A DNA stretch of 64,000 nucleotides. Source: Candidatus Poribacteria bacterium. GTDB taxonomy: Bacteria > Poribacteria > WGA-4E > WGA-3G. The position numbers and the translations under genes are program-made. The notes beneath the pieces are model-generated. The model did not search any database and had not been told where the DNA came from. It saw only the letters and a list, made by a program, of their open reading frames with translations. Positions 30,603-41,303 of the stretch are shown in pieces. Positions within the stretch are counted from its first letter, which is position 1, and the number at the start of each line of letters is the position of its first letter. The stretch covers positions 160,001 through 224,000 of the forward strand of contig CAXXLX010000002.1 of assembly GCA_963665235.2 (NCBI GenBank), given 5' to 3'.

Positions 30603-31625
30603 CTACCCGCTCTGCCGATTCAACCATCTCTGAAGCAGCAATTCCCCCACCAGTAAAATGAGTGCTGCCCCGACAAACCACTGAAACCTCTCCTTATACG
30701 CACCATCCGCCCGAATTCTGAATTTCTGTTTTTCAAGCCGTGATAGTGCTGTCGTCAGCTCAGCAATTCCCTCGTTCGCATGATAATAGGCACCATCTCC
30801 CGCCTTAGCAATGTCCTGCAAACGTGTCTCGTCCAACGTCGTCAGCACCACCTGCCCATTGACATTCCGCTTATATCCTGAACTTTCGCCTATAAGCGGA
30901 ATAGGGGCTGGCAACCCAGGGGTTCCAACACCGACACAATAGATATAGACACCTTCCCGATGTGCAGCTTTTGCCGCTTCGACCGCCTCCTCCCCGTGGT
31001 CCTCACCATCTGTCCAAAGAATTAACGCCTTCTGCCCGCCCAGATTACTGGCACTCCCTGTTGACAACTGGTCCCGGGGCGTAATGAGCCGCGCCGTTGC
31101 GGTTTCAATTGCATGACCGATGCGGGTACCGCTGTGACTGAGCGTTTCCGCTGTTGTTGCCTCCAAAAATTCTTTGAGTGTTGCCGTATCTGTCGTCAAG
31201 GGGCACACCACGAAGCTCGCCTCCGCAAAATGAAGCAATCCGATTCGGTCCCCCTGCAGCCTTTCTATCAACGAGTTCATGGCAGTTTTAGCAACGTGTA
31301 ACCGATTCGGTTTCATATCTGCTGCCAGCATACTCGTTGAAATATCAAGTGCAAGTATGATATCCAATCTTTCCACAGCCGGTTCCGGTTTCATCCCAAA
31401 CTGCGGCCGCGCGATAGCCAGCGTGACGAAAAGAGTGCTCAATATCAGTAAACCGGCTTGAACTTGGTGCAGACGTAGATGCAAAGGGTTGGGATTGCTG
31501 TGGAATTGGAGCAGTGCTTTCCATTTCTGGCGCACCCCAAACAGCAGCAGCAGAATGAGAAGCAGCAGCCCTATCGTTAAAAAAAAGAGAAATTCCGGAT
31601 GCTCAAAACGAAATTTTTGAATCAT
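30603..31625 (-). CDS. batB: VWA domain protein, BatB-like
   Basis: ARPQFG, DISTSM MIDAS, PLTTD, TDGEDH. Confidence 0.82.
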   Translation of the reverse strand: MIQKFRFEHPEFLFFLTIGLLLLILLLLFGVRQKWKALLQFHSNPNPLHLRLHQVQAGLLILSTLFVTLAIARPQFGMKPEPAVERLDIILALDISTSMLAADMKPNRLHVAKTAMNSLIERLQGDRIGLLHFAEASFVVCPLTTDTATLKEFLEATTAETLSHSGTRIGHAIETATARLITPRDQLSTGSASNLGGQKALILWTDGEDHGEEAVEAAKAAHREGVYIYCVGVGTPGLPAPIPLIGESSGYKRNVNGQVVLTTLDETRLQDIAKAGDGAYYHANEGIAELTTALSRLEKQKFRIRADGAYKERFQWFVGAALILLVGELLLQRWLNRQSG

Positions 31626-31640
31626 TAGTTTAGTAATTAT

Positions 31641-31888
31641 AACGTGAGCTTGATAATAAATGTCCGCTTGCACTAACCTCTATAAATATATCGTCCCTAC
31701 GGGACTAAGACCCCGCGGAAACCGATGCTTCTATAAATATATCGTCCCTATGGAACTAACCAGTATTCGGGCAAGCAGGCTGGTCAGCATTACCCAGCAG
31801 CGTCATCGGATTTTCCTATGGGACTAACCAGTATTCGGGCAAGCAGCCCGCTCTTCATACTAGGGAAAACTTTTTTCAAACTCACGTT
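31641..31888. mobile_element. MITE family A copy
   Basis: TIRs plus TSD AATTAT. Confidence 0.85.
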
Positions 31889-31949
31889 AATTATAGATAT
31901 CACTATATTTCTTGCTAATTGCCAATCGCCAATCGCCAATTGCCAATGA

Positions 31950-32939
31950 CTACGACAAAATAGAGTTCCGGACGCGTTCGAAAATTTCAAAGGCGTAATC
32001 TAGGTGTGCCTTAGTCGCAATATTAAAAGAGAGTCCGAAATTCTTGACTGTCACGTTAGGTAAATTCGCCCGGCACTCCACGATATGAAGCGGTGTAAAG
32101 TCACCGTGGACATCAACCCTGAAATGTGTTGCCTTTTTTGAGGGATAGAGGTCAAGCCACCAGTGGCCGCCTATGGTCATTCGGAGTTTTGCGATGCGTG
32201 GACGAAGCGTCGCACCACACATATCAACGTACGCAATAAATTCGTGGGCGACTTTTAGAAGCTCCTCGTTAGCTTGGAGTGGCTCAATAAACAGCTCAAG
32301 CGTCATAAACTGCTGTGCGGTTTCACGATAACTCCTATTTTCCTCCTTGACGAAGGGGCCGCCTAAAACGGTTTCGGTTGCAACCAAGATTTCATCAGGG
32401 GCGTGGTAGGAGAAGTAAGAGATATATGTCAAATCGAGCCCTAGACTCCGCAGGTATTCAGCAACCTCTAGGACTTGGGTGTCTACGCCCTCGGAGATAA
32501 GGACTAACCGCTGCCGCCGATTGAATGCGGATTGCGGAATATCGCCCGCTTCATAATCAAAGAATTCACTGTGGTGTGCCGAAAGTGACGCAAAATATGT
32601 GCCCTTCTGTTGTGCCCAGCGATACGCCAGCCGTTCCAATTCTATGTAAGAAAGTTTTGCAACCCCCGCCGCGTATTCTAAAATCTGTGTGATAGCTGTC
32701 CGAGACGGTTTACCCCGTTTTAGCTCTATAATCACACTATTTCCCTGCCGATCCAGGGCAAGAAGGTCAATCTTCCGTTTTGACGTGCTCAAAGGCGGTT
32801 GTCTGCTAATCACACACACCGGTTCACCCAGAACGAGGGTTGCATCCTGTTCAAGCAAATCCTCGAAGTCACGTTCTGTGCCAAAACGTAAGGGCTGTAA
32901 TTTTCCAAATTTCTGATCTTCCCACCGGTAAACTTCCAT
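31950..32939 (-). CDS. NucS-like PD-(D/E)XK endonuclease domain protein
   Basis: E..FED, IDLLALD..G..VIIELKR, Q..EY motifs. Confidence 0.75.
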   Translation of the reverse strand: MEVYRWEDQKFGKLQPLRFGTERDFEDLLEQDATLVLGEPVCVISRQPPLSTSKRKIDLLALDRQGNSVIIELKRGKPSRTAITQILEYAAGVAKLSYIELERLAYRWAQQKGTYFASLSAHHSEFFDYEAGDIPQSAFNRRQRLVLISEGVDTQVLEVAEYLRSLGLDLTYISYFSYHAPDEILVATETVLGGPFVKEENRSYRETAQQFMTLELFIEPLQANEELLKVAHEFIAYVDMCGATLRPRIAKLRMTIGGHWWLDLYPSKKATHFRVDVHGDFTPLHIVECRANLPNVTVKNFGLSFNIATKAHLDYAFEIFERVRNSILS

Positions 32940-33083
32940 AATAGTTATCATTGGCAATTGGCAATTAGCAATTAGCAATTAGCAAGATGTTGTGATTCTA
33001 AGAAGAACTCTGAAGCGCGTCAGAGGCTTCGCCTCTTTGTTTCTTTCTCTTGCTAACAACCATAAGCCAATTGCCAATCGCTG

Positions 33084-34805
33084 CTAAATATTAACATTGA
33101 GCCACTGAATGCGTTCGCGATATGCCTCAACCTCCGCTGCGATTCTGTCTCGGTTCCAATTGTTTCGTTCTCCGATAAATTGCGCGATTTGCGGGGCTAT
33201 ATCTAACCCTTGGCCTCGTGTCCATCCGATTCGGGTGCGTCGCCAGAGCAGGTCCTCCAACGTCATTGCCATTTCACCCCATAAGGCGTACAGCAGCTCC
33301 GCTTTCACAAAGGGTAACAAAGGGGTTATAGGCTCAGCAAGTGCCGCTTCCTGTGCAATAAACTTTTGAATCACCTGATACCCGTTGTTTCCGTAGCGTT
33401 GAATCAGCCGGTCTCTATGATAAGTCAACGTTGGGTTTTCGGGAGTTTTCGGACATAACGGTTCCACAGACAGGGCTCCGCAATCGCTAGGTTCATCGGC
33501 TGTTGCATGTGGCAGCGGATGGCTAGCAGTTTTACAGTGGCGTGGAAGGTTTAGCGACTCGGTGAGGTAGTCTACTGTTTCCTCCGCCATCTGTCGGTGT
33601 GTAGTGAGTTTTCCGCCATAGATATACATGATACCGCTCGGGCTCTCCGTGACGCGATGTTCCCTTGAAGCCAAATCGCTTCGTTCCGCTCCATGCCAGT
33701 GTCGCTCAGGGGCGATGAGGGGACGAATTCCGGCATAAGTCGCAATAATATCGTTGCGGTGTAACGCGCGTCCCGGAAAAATTCGATGCGTTTCTGAAAG
33801 CAGATAGGCAACCTCTTTTGCGGAGGGACGCACCGCCTCCGGTTCACCCTCCGGAGTCGTCTCTGTTGTGCCAACGATAGAGGTCTCATGCTCACCGGGC
33901 AAGACAAAAACCGGGCGCGACCTCCGATTATGCAACCGCTCCGATTGTGCGAAGGTTACCAAACCGTATAGCACCGAGGTATTGCCCGTAGCACAACGCG
34001 GCAAAAGCAGATGAATCCCTTTCGCATTTTCCGTCAACAATCGGGGAGTCCCATCGTAACTCGGGTCTTTGCACCATATCCGGTCGGTCCACGGCCCCGT
34101 TGTTGAAACAATTTTCCGTGCTGTAATTGGAAAACGTTGTCCAGAAATAGTATCTTCAACCGTGACACTATATATCGGGTCGGATTTTACCGGCTGCCGC
34201 ACAAAATCGAGGAACCGAACGTAGTTTGCAATGACCGCCCCATGCCGATGTGCATCCTTGAGGGTTGCCAACGTCAACCTAGCATCATCAACAGTACTAT
34301 CCCATAAGATAACGCAGCCTTTTAGTTTATCGGTTGCAATAGGTCCAACTAGCGTTTGTATTTTTTCCGTGTTCCGAAGCACAACTGAGCGTTCAGCTTT
34401 AGCCGTTTTAGAGAGGCAGTTGTAATAACGTGCTGCGAGGTGAATCCCGGTAAGCGGATACGGGTCGCCTTTGTATCGAAGGATTGCAAGCGGTATCGGT
34501 TTCACAAGGGTAGGTGCAATATGACGCAGAATTTCGCGTTCCCTGCGCGCCTGTTTTACGAGGTTGAAGTCGCCTTTAACCAGATAGCGGAACCCGCCAT
34601 GGATAAGTTGTGAGGAGGCACTGCTAGTGCCGTTTGCGAAGTCGGCTTGGTCAATTAAACCGGCTTTGATGCCACCGTTTAGCGCGAGGTCCCGAATCAA
34701 ACCTGCCCCAACAATGCCCCCGCCGATAACCAAAACGTCCAACCGGGTGGTCTTGAGCGTTCTAATATTCTGGGTGCGGGTTCGTGCCGAAAATTCCATT
34801 GACAT
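33084..34805 (-). CDS. glpD: Glycerol-3-phosphate dehydrogenase/oxidase
   Basis: IGGGIVG, GTSS.SS.LIHGG.RY, DDARL, GGKLTT.R.MAE. Confidence 0.88.
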   Translation of the reverse strand: MSMEFSARTRTQNIRTLKTTRLDVLVIGGGIVGAGLIRDLALNGGIKAGLIDQADFANGTSSASSQLIHGGFRYLVKGDFNLVKQARREREILRHIAPTLVKPIPLAILRYKGDPYPLTGIHLAARYYNCLSKTAKAERSVVLRNTEKIQTLVGPIATDKLKGCVILWDSTVDDARLTLATLKDAHRHGAVIANYVRFLDFVRQPVKSDPIYSVTVEDTISGQRFPITARKIVSTTGPWTDRIWCKDPSYDGTPRLLTENAKGIHLLLPRCATGNTSVLYGLVTFAQSERLHNRRSRPVFVLPGEHETSIVGTTETTPEGEPEAVRPSAKEVAYLLSETHRIFPGRALHRNDIIATYAGIRPLIAPERHWHGAERSDLASREHRVTESPSGIMYIYGGKLTTHRQMAEETVDYLTESLNLPRHCKTASHPLPHATADEPSDCGALSVEPLCPKTPENPTLTYHRDRLIQRYGNNGYQVIQKFIAQEAALAEPITPLLPFVKAELLYALWGEMAMTLEDLLWRRTRIGWTRGQGLDIAPQIAQFIGERNNWNRDRIAAEVEAYRERIQWLNVNI

Positions 34806-34896
34806 TTTTGAATCTTCCTTGCGGTTTGGTAAGGATAAACTAGGCTCTAGGACATCTCCGCTGTCCGTGTACACCTCCGATTTAGCTCACAAGGCA

Positions 34897-36342
34897 CTAG
34901 CTCGTTTCATCCGCCATATTTTTAACTAACAGTGCCGCGTGCTGCGATACTTTACGAATGGCGGTCAAGATTCGGGCTGCTGCCCCGGGCACCGGCTCCG
35001 TCAACAGGGGTAGAAATATCAATCGCGAACAGGTCCGCTCAGTGACAGGCAAATCCCCCGGGGCATATCCGACATAATCGCCGCCCTTATCAGCGGTACA
35101 GAGCGGACCGCGGCCATCCATGTAAATATCTAGGCCGTGTGTAAACAGCGGTAGGGTGTGGAGAAGCGGGTACGGATTACTATTCGTTGGAAGACTCCCG
35201 GAGAAAACAGGCACGTTGTCTCCGACTAGGAGCGGATACGGGTTGTTATTCGCCAGAACGCCCTCTTGGCGGAGGGCATCCGCAAACACTGGCGCAGGCA
35301 AACCGTGAAGCTCCTCCTCATGGTAATGGATAGGAAATCCGAAGAATCCCGCGGGCATCGCCCCTGGATACGTTTCAACAGCCTGCACCCCCGCAATATC
35401 TTCTAACCCGTTCCTAATCTCTTGGATATAGGCGCGGCGGCCTGCATTCAGCGCATCCAATTTCTTCATCTGCACAGAAGCGATGCCTATAGCTAACGGA
35501 TGTGCCCGAAATTTGACACCGAGCCCCATCGGCGGAAGATGTTTATACCGCAGCGCTGCACCCTCCAAGGCTGCATCCCCTATACTCCCAGGCACGCGAT
35601 TGACCTGCCCAAGTAAACATGCACGTTCAAAAACCGTCACATCGTTCGTTGCAAGCATACCCCCCTCGCCTGCACTCACCGATTTACTGCCTTGCAAACT
35701 CCAAGCCCCAACATGGCCGATGCTACCACACGGCACCCCTTTATAAGATGCACCATGTGCATGAGAGCAATCCTCTATCACCGGGACACCTGTTTCCTCG
35801 CTCAGTGCCATGAGGGCATCCATATCGCACACGTTACCCCACAGATGGACCGCGACGATTGCCTTCGTCCGTGATGTAATGCGTCGGCGAACGTCCGCTA
35901 CATCCAGCAGCAACGTCTTCGAATCAACCTCACAGAAAACCGGGCGTGCCATCAACGCAAGCGCAGGTGTAATAGACCCCATCCACGTGTATGTCGGGCA
36001 GATAACCTCATCCCCCGGGCCAACACCGAGCCCGAACATTGCACTATGAATCGCCGCGGTACCGTTGATAAGACTCATCGCAAATTGCGTTTGATGCCGT
36101 TCACGCCACATGCGTTCAAATTCCTGAACGACGGGGGATGTTCCTGATAACTCGTTCCGCAATGTCATCTCAAATGCGAGCTGCGCCTCCTCTTCAGTTA
36201 TTTGGGACCACTGCTCCAGTCTCGGATACGGTGCCTCCGGTGTTTTTTCAAAAACCGGTGTTCCTCCCAAGGCTGCAGGAAGATTCTTCGCCTCAAACCC
36301 AGGGCTAGAAGATGTCGCTTTGTTGTTATGATTTACTGTCAT
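34897..36342 (-). CDS. DegT/DnrJ PLP aminotransferase
   Basis: NGTAA, GPGDEVI, IEDCSHAHG, SLQGSK...GEGG. Confidence 0.9.
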   Translation of the reverse strand: MTVNHNNKATSSSPGFEAKNLPAALGGTPVFEKTPEAPYPRLEQWSQITEEEAQLAFEMTLRNELSGTSPVVQEFERMWRERHQTQFAMSLINGTAAIHSAMFGLGVGPGDEVICPTYTWMGSITPALALMARPVFCEVDSKTLLLDVADVRRRITSRTKAIVAVHLWGNVCDMDALMALSEETGVPVIEDCSHAHGASYKGVPCGSIGHVGAWSLQGSKSVSAGEGGMLATNDVTVFERACLLGQVNRVPGSIGDAALEGAALRYKHLPPMGLGVKFRAHPLAIGIASVQMKKLDALNAGRRAYIQEIRNGLEDIAGVQAVETYPGAMPAGFFGFPIHYHEEELHGLPAPVFADALRQEGVLANNNPYPLLVGDNVPVFSGSLPTNSNPYPLLHTLPLFTHGLDIYMDGRGPLCTADKGGDYVGYAPGDLPVTERTCSRLIFLPLLTEPVPGAAARILTAIRKVSQHAALLVKNMADETS

Positions 36343-36441
36343 GTTTTTCCACTTCCAATTTGAAAACTGAATGTCTCTACCATAATGCATAATAGCACGT
36401 TTTCGTTTTTTCGGTCAAACATAATTTGCGGAATTGCGGAA

Positions 36442-37371
36442 TTACAGCTTGAAAAGGGGTTCTTGGCCTTCGTCATTTTTCGGGCGATATTTACCCCTAT
36501 TCTTACCCTTTAATTTCCGTTCCTCGGCAGTTGTTTGCACGTTATGCAACGCGAGCTCCTCTTCGATTTTAGGCATTTCACTCTCCGTATTCTCTAATCT
36601 GTTGCACGTCATTTTCAGGTATGTCTCGCTGCTGTCAATACCGATATATTTATGCCCTAAAAGTTTTGCAGCAACAGCAGTCGTACCGCTGCCGATGTAA
36701 GGGTCCAGCACGATGCCTTGTGTCTCTTTTCCCAAGATGGATATAATCACACGGGCAGGCAGCCAGAGCGGAAACGGGGCAGGATGCGGATTTTTTTTAC
36801 CATTTTCGGGGACTCCACGCCAAATAGAGGTCAACTTTGCATCACAAGATTTCAATTCCTTACCAATTAAATAATCCCCTATCGGTTTATACAGCCAATA
36901 AATGCGTTCCTCTACCTGCCAAAACCGCCAGCCTCGTATATTTGCCGCAATTACCCTATCCCAAATGATTTCCTGTTTTACCGTCCACGCCGTTTTACGT
37001 AACCAATCCATAGGATGGTACATGTTGCCTCTATGCCATCGTATTTTGTGATTGTAAAAAAACGAACCGCCCGGTGCGGTTACACGGTAAATCTCATTGA
37101 GTACATCGACCTGATTCTGCTGATATTCGGGTTCAGGCAAGGCATCTCTGTAAGTATCATACACCACATTTTTAACAAGCCAACCCTTCTGCTTTTCCTG
37201 CTTATTATATGGCGGTGAAGTGACACCGACATTGATAACATCATCATCTATTTTACTCAGAACGTTGAGGGTGTCCCCTTGAATGAGTTTGCCCTCCTCA
37301 AGCGTGTCCGCCTTAATTTGCTTATGCTCTAACAGGTCGTCCTTAAGGAGGTGTTGGTTCGTGATACTCAT
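36442..37371 (-). CDS. Orphan beta-class N4C/N6A DNA methyltransferase
   Basis: TSPPY precedes HPAPFP and LDPY.GSGTT. Confidence 0.88.
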   Translation of the reverse strand: MSITNQHLLKDDLLEHKQIKADTLEEGKLIQGDTLNVLSKIDDDVINVGVTSPPYNKQEKQKGWLVKNVVYDTYRDALPEPEYQQNQVDVLNEIYRVTAPGGSFFYNHKIRWHRGNMYHPMDWLRKTAWTVKQEIIWDRVIAANIRGWRFWQVEERIYWLYKPIGDYLIGKELKSCDAKLTSIWRGVPENGKKNPHPAPFPLWLPARVIISILGKETQGIVLDPYIGSGTTAVAAKLLGHKYIGIDSSETYLKMTCNRLENTESEMPKIEEELALHNVQTTAEERKLKGKNRGKYRPKNDEGQEPLFKL

Positions 37372-37446
37372 CGTGCTATTTTCTCCAAATGTTCAAACAC
37401 GTCCCTTTTATGCCATAATTATACCACAAAACTATAGTTTGTCAAG

Positions 37447-37812
37447 GGGTGTGTAAAGTTTTTGTCTAAGGGAATTCTGTCTCTGATGGAACGCTAGACA
37501 TCGCTATAAAAAACGACAAAACATCGCGTGCACAGCACGCTCCTACATAGGAGGTCGCGTGCACAGCACGCTCCTACATAGGAGGTCGCGTGCACAGCAC
37601 GCTCCTACATAGGAGGTCGCGTGTTCATGTCACAGCACGCTCCTACTGAAGGAAAGGATTGTTCGCACCGGACAATCCACGTCCCCTGTGTCCTTCGCGC
37701 GTAATCCGTGATTCTGACAACACACGCCAAATCCACTCTTCCACCCTTCCACTCTTCCCCCTTCCACTCTTCCACCCTTCCATCTATCCGCGTGACAAAA
37801 ACTTTACGTACC
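37447..37812. mobile_element. MITE family D copy with 31-bp REP tandem (about 37524-37647)
   Basis: TIR GGGTGTGTAAAGTTTTTGT / ACAAAAACTTTACGTACC. Confidence 0.7.
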
Positions 37813-37830
37813 AAGTTTCCGTTCCTATTC

Positions 37831-38343
37831 TTAAAAATAGGCGTGTATGCCGGCACTCATGTAAACGCCTGCAAGTTTTTGAGAGTGCGATTCAGCTTTT
37901 TCCGTGCCAAATCCTTGACCGATACTCACGTTCAAACCGAACGGAATGCCGCCAATTGAAAAGACAAGTTCACTGCCAAAAGCGAGCCCCCCTGCAAGCG
38001 TCGTCGTCAGCTGCTCCTTTTCCATCTTATATCGCCAACCCCCCTCTAAGGTGAAATAGAGGCGAGCTATGCTCAACTTACTTTGATGCTCAAATATAGC
38101 GTAAGAAATACCTGCCCCTAACATGTGGTCGCTATCCCGCTCGTTCAGAACGAGCCGTCCCACCGTTTGAAGATAGACCGGGGCTAATCCGTTATAGCGA
38201 AAACTCAACCCACCAAAGGCAGGCGTAGCCCCCTGAAGTCCAATACCGAAATTTTTAGTGAGGTCAGCCTGTTGCGCATGCGTTGAGAGACTGAAGACTG
38301 CCACAAAAAAGATACAAGTTAAGCAAAAAATTAAGTGTTTCAC
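37831..38343 (-). CDS. Secreted protein, possibly small outer-membrane beta-barrel
   Basis: Signal peptide, amphipathic strands, terminal AYF. Confidence 0.55.
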   Translation of the reverse strand: MKHLIFCLTCIFFVAVFSLSTHAQQADLTKNFGIGLQGATPAFGGLSFRYNGLAPVYLQTVGRLVLNERDSDHMLGAGISYAIFEHQSKLSIARLYFTLEGGWRYKMEKEQLTTTLAGGLAFGSELVFSIGGIPFGLNVSIGQGFGTEKAESHSQKLAGVYMSAGIHAYF

Positions 38344-38394
38344 TGTTTTTCTCCTTCGCTACGGCACACCGTAGCGGATTTTCCACTACTTCGC

Positions 38395-40008
38395 TTATCG
38401 AGCAATCAGCAGCGTCACCCGATGCGGTTCAGTAGTAGATGTGTGGGACATAAGAATATCCTGTTTTTTGTCTGCGTTGAGAGCCACCAGCCAAGTCCAT
38501 TCATCGTAAGTAGGCATGGTGACTGCCACCTTTTGAGATTTTCTCGTAAATATAGATGCCTCTGGCACCCCAACAAAGACGTTGAGGTTTTTGCCACTCC
38601 TTCCCACCAGAAGGTCCAAACGTTCATCCGCATTGACATTTCCGAGCAGGACAGGCGGGAACGCCGTTCGACCGCCCGTTGCGTCAGACGTGTGAGATTT
38701 AACCTTGCGCCTCTCGGTAGGTTTGTCGGGATAGGCATCGTCTTTCATGCAGTAGAATTCAAGGTCCATAGATACGGAATGCGTCAGAAGCGAGTCGATG
38801 AGCATGCCGATAGCCTTGAAAATACGCGGTTTGATAGTGAGAAAAGCGATGTCGAGCTGGCTGTCTCCATTGAAGTCGTGTTGCATGAGGCCGAACGGGA
38901 TGCCCTCCGATGCAATCCGGGTGCTGACTTCGGGTGAAAAGGTGATACCCCCCGCTGGTGTCGGTATACCGAAATGCACCTCATAGCTGGCGTGCATACG
39001 CCACAAGCTTCCGCCTTTCAGCGAAAAGATGCCGATGTCAGCAATTCCATCACCGTTCATGTCGGTAAATGCATGGAGCACCCGTCCTGTCATGTTCCCG
39101 GCGGGCTGATGGTCCTTAGGCCTGCGGCGCACACCGTAAGGTGCAACAAGCACGGCGAGCGTGTCGGAGTCAAACGGTACATCAATTGTGAAGGTCGCAG
39201 CCTCCGGGGTAAATAACCTCTGCTCGTTCTGGTAATGAACAGCGAAGTGTTCTCCGTTCCAAAATAATAGGTCGCTGCGTCCATCTCGGTTGTAATCCAC
39301 CGTGTGGATACCGCTTTGGGCCCAAGGGGTGTATCGATATCCCTCCGCGTTGTAGAGTCTATATGTTTCGATGGCACGTCCGATTTTTACCGGGTTCGCG
39401 AACGTCCCATCGCGCTTCTGAACAAGTACCCAAAAACCGTCAATATCTGGGACTACCAGCTCGTCGAGCCCATCGCCGTTCAGGTCGTCCGTGATGTCAA
39501 CATGTGGTGTCTCTTCCATGATGTCGTAATTAGCAATAACCGCCACCAACCGATGTTCGGTTGCTGATTCAGGGTCGAACCAATTCAGGCGACCCCGTTC
39601 ATAAGTGAGCAACCGGTCGTGTCCCCCGATATGTGCAACATCGACGAAGAGGACTTCGGGCCGCAACGGCACATTGAGTTTCGGTACCCAGGTATCACCG
39701 TTGAACGTATAGATACATAAATGCCGGTCGCTGTTTTCATCAACGTTCAGGACAACGAGTTCGGCGCGCGGGTTTCCGAGTAAAAATCCTGTCAAAACGG
39801 TCTGGTGTTTCGCGACACCGGTGATGACCTCGTATGCGTCGAAAGTAAACGGAGGCGGAATAGGCTCTATAGCATTGACCGCTTCGTTTGACACCCCCGA
39901 GCAGCTCAATAGGCATACACTAAAAACGAATATGAAGCACAAGCCTCGTTGATGCGCGGACATCGAAAGAAAACGTTTAAGGGATGGATTCCGTTTTTTC
40001 ACTGTCAT
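38395..40008 (-). CDS. FG-GAP/VCBS repeat protein
   Basis: Repeated DxNGDG..D motifs. Confidence 0.85.
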   Translation of the reverse strand: MTVKKRNPSLKRFLSMSAHQRGLCFIFVFSVCLLSCSGVSNEAVNAIEPIPPPFTFDAYEVITGVAKHQTVLTGFLLGNPRAELVVLNVDENSDRHLCIYTFNGDTWVPKLNVPLRPEVLFVDVAHIGGHDRLLTYERGRLNWFDPESATEHRLVAVIANYDIMEETPHVDITDDLNGDGLDELVVPDIDGFWVLVQKRDGTFANPVKIGRAIETYRLYNAEGYRYTPWAQSGIHTVDYNRDGRSDLLFWNGEHFAVHYQNEQRLFTPEAATFTIDVPFDSDTLAVLVAPYGVRRRPKDHQPAGNMTGRVLHAFTDMNGDGIADIGIFSLKGGSLWRMHASYEVHFGIPTPAGGITFSPEVSTRIASEGIPFGLMQHDFNGDSQLDIAFLTIKPRIFKAIGMLIDSLLTHSVSMDLEFYCMKDDAYPDKPTERRKVKSHTSDATGGRTAFPPVLLGNVNADERLDLLVGRSGKNLNVFVGVPEASIFTRKSQKVAVTMPTYDEWTWLVALNADKKQDILMSHTSTTEPHRVTLLIAR

Positions 40009-40094
40009 TCTCCTTTTACGTGTTTTATAAGTTAACATAGATAAGTAAATGAACAGTGTTAACTTATAAACCAAAAAAATATAGGCGACCTAAC

Positions 40095-40700
40095 CTACGC
40101 CTTCAACCCCTCAATAGTTGTCTGAATTACCGTATCAATCAGTTTGTCTTTTTCAGCCCAAGGGAAATCGGGAAAATCTATCAGGAGCAGCGTGACACCG
40201 TGAACGGCTGCCCACAACACCTGCCCGGTAGTTTCGACATCCATTTGGCGGAATATCTTCTGTTGCATGCATTCAGAGACCGTGGTTCGCAAATAGTCAA
40301 ACACCTTTTCGCCGACGGAGCCCTCTTGCAGTCCTAATCCTTTCTGGAATTGCGGTCGGATAACAAAAGTGAGCTTGTAATCCTGCGGATATTTTAGTCC
40401 GAACTCAATATAGGCGCGTCCGCTTTTTCGTAGGGTCTCGACGGGGTCGCCTTTATCCTCCTTTAGTTGCTCAAGCGTGTTCAACAGATGCAGGAGTGTT
40501 TCCTTGCAAACAGAATCTAACAGGTCTGCCTTATCTTTGAAATAAAGGTAGATTGTTGTCGGTGAGTATTCGATTTTGTCGGCAATCTTTCGCATGGAGA
40601 CGTTCTCATACCCTTCATTGACAAACAATTCTCGTGCTGCTAAAAGAATTTTCTGCCGCAACTCCTCTTTCTGCCTCGCTCTGCGCTCTTTAACACCCAT
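40095..40700 (-). CDS. TetR family regulator
   Basis: GYE.VSMRKIA..IEYSPTTIY.YF.DK HTH. Confidence 0.93.
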   Translation of the reverse strand: MGVKERRARQKEELRQKILLAARELFVNEGYENVSMRKIADKIEYSPTTIYLYFKDKADLLDSVCKETLLHLLNTLEQLKEDKGDPVETLRKSGRAYIEFGLKYPQDYKLTFVIRPQFQKGLGLQEGSVGEKVFDYLRTTVSECMQQKIFRQMDVETTGQVLWAAVHGVTLLLIDFPDFPWAEKDKLIDTVIQTTIEGLKA

Positions 40701-40911
40701 TGCGTCACCTTGATTTACATAGTTATTTATCTTAACACTGTTAATTATACTACATATTTTCCTGTTTGTCAAGAAAAAATTGCATTCGTAGAATGTTGGC
40801 GATTAGCAATTTTGGCAATTGGCACTTAGCAAGATGTTGTGCTTCTAAGCAGGTTTGTGACGTGCTTCAAAGTTCTCTTCTTCTTGCTATAGGTTTCCAT
40901 AATGCTATAAA

Positions 40912-41260
40912 CACGCGAGCTTGATAATAAATATCCGTTTTCTCTAAACATTTTTGAGGTTCTCCGAAAAAAGCGGAATGAGTGGAGCAGAAACCGCTGC
41001 TTCTATAAATATATCGTCCTTGAGGAGCGGGAAACCGTTTGCCCGAATACTGGGGCTAAGATTTGGGCGTTAGCGGTTTTCTATAAATATATCGTCCTTG
41101 ACTGTTTGCCCGAATACTGGGGCTAAGATTTGGGCGTTAGCGGTTTTCTATAAATATATCGTCCTTGAGGAGCGGGAAACCGTTTGCCCGAATACTGGGG
41201 CTAAGATTTGGGCGTTAGCGGTTTTCTATAAATATATCGTCCCTACGGGACTAAGACCCG
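40912..41260. repeat. Family A left end followed by about 80-bp tandem REP units; no right TIR
   Basis: ACGCGAGCTTGATAATAAAT then three CTATAAATATATCGTCC...GGGGCTAAG units and a final plain unit. Confidence 0.75.
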
Positions 41261-41303
41261 TACATTAACCAAACCGAGGCAGATAACCGCCTGCGTATTC
41301 TGA

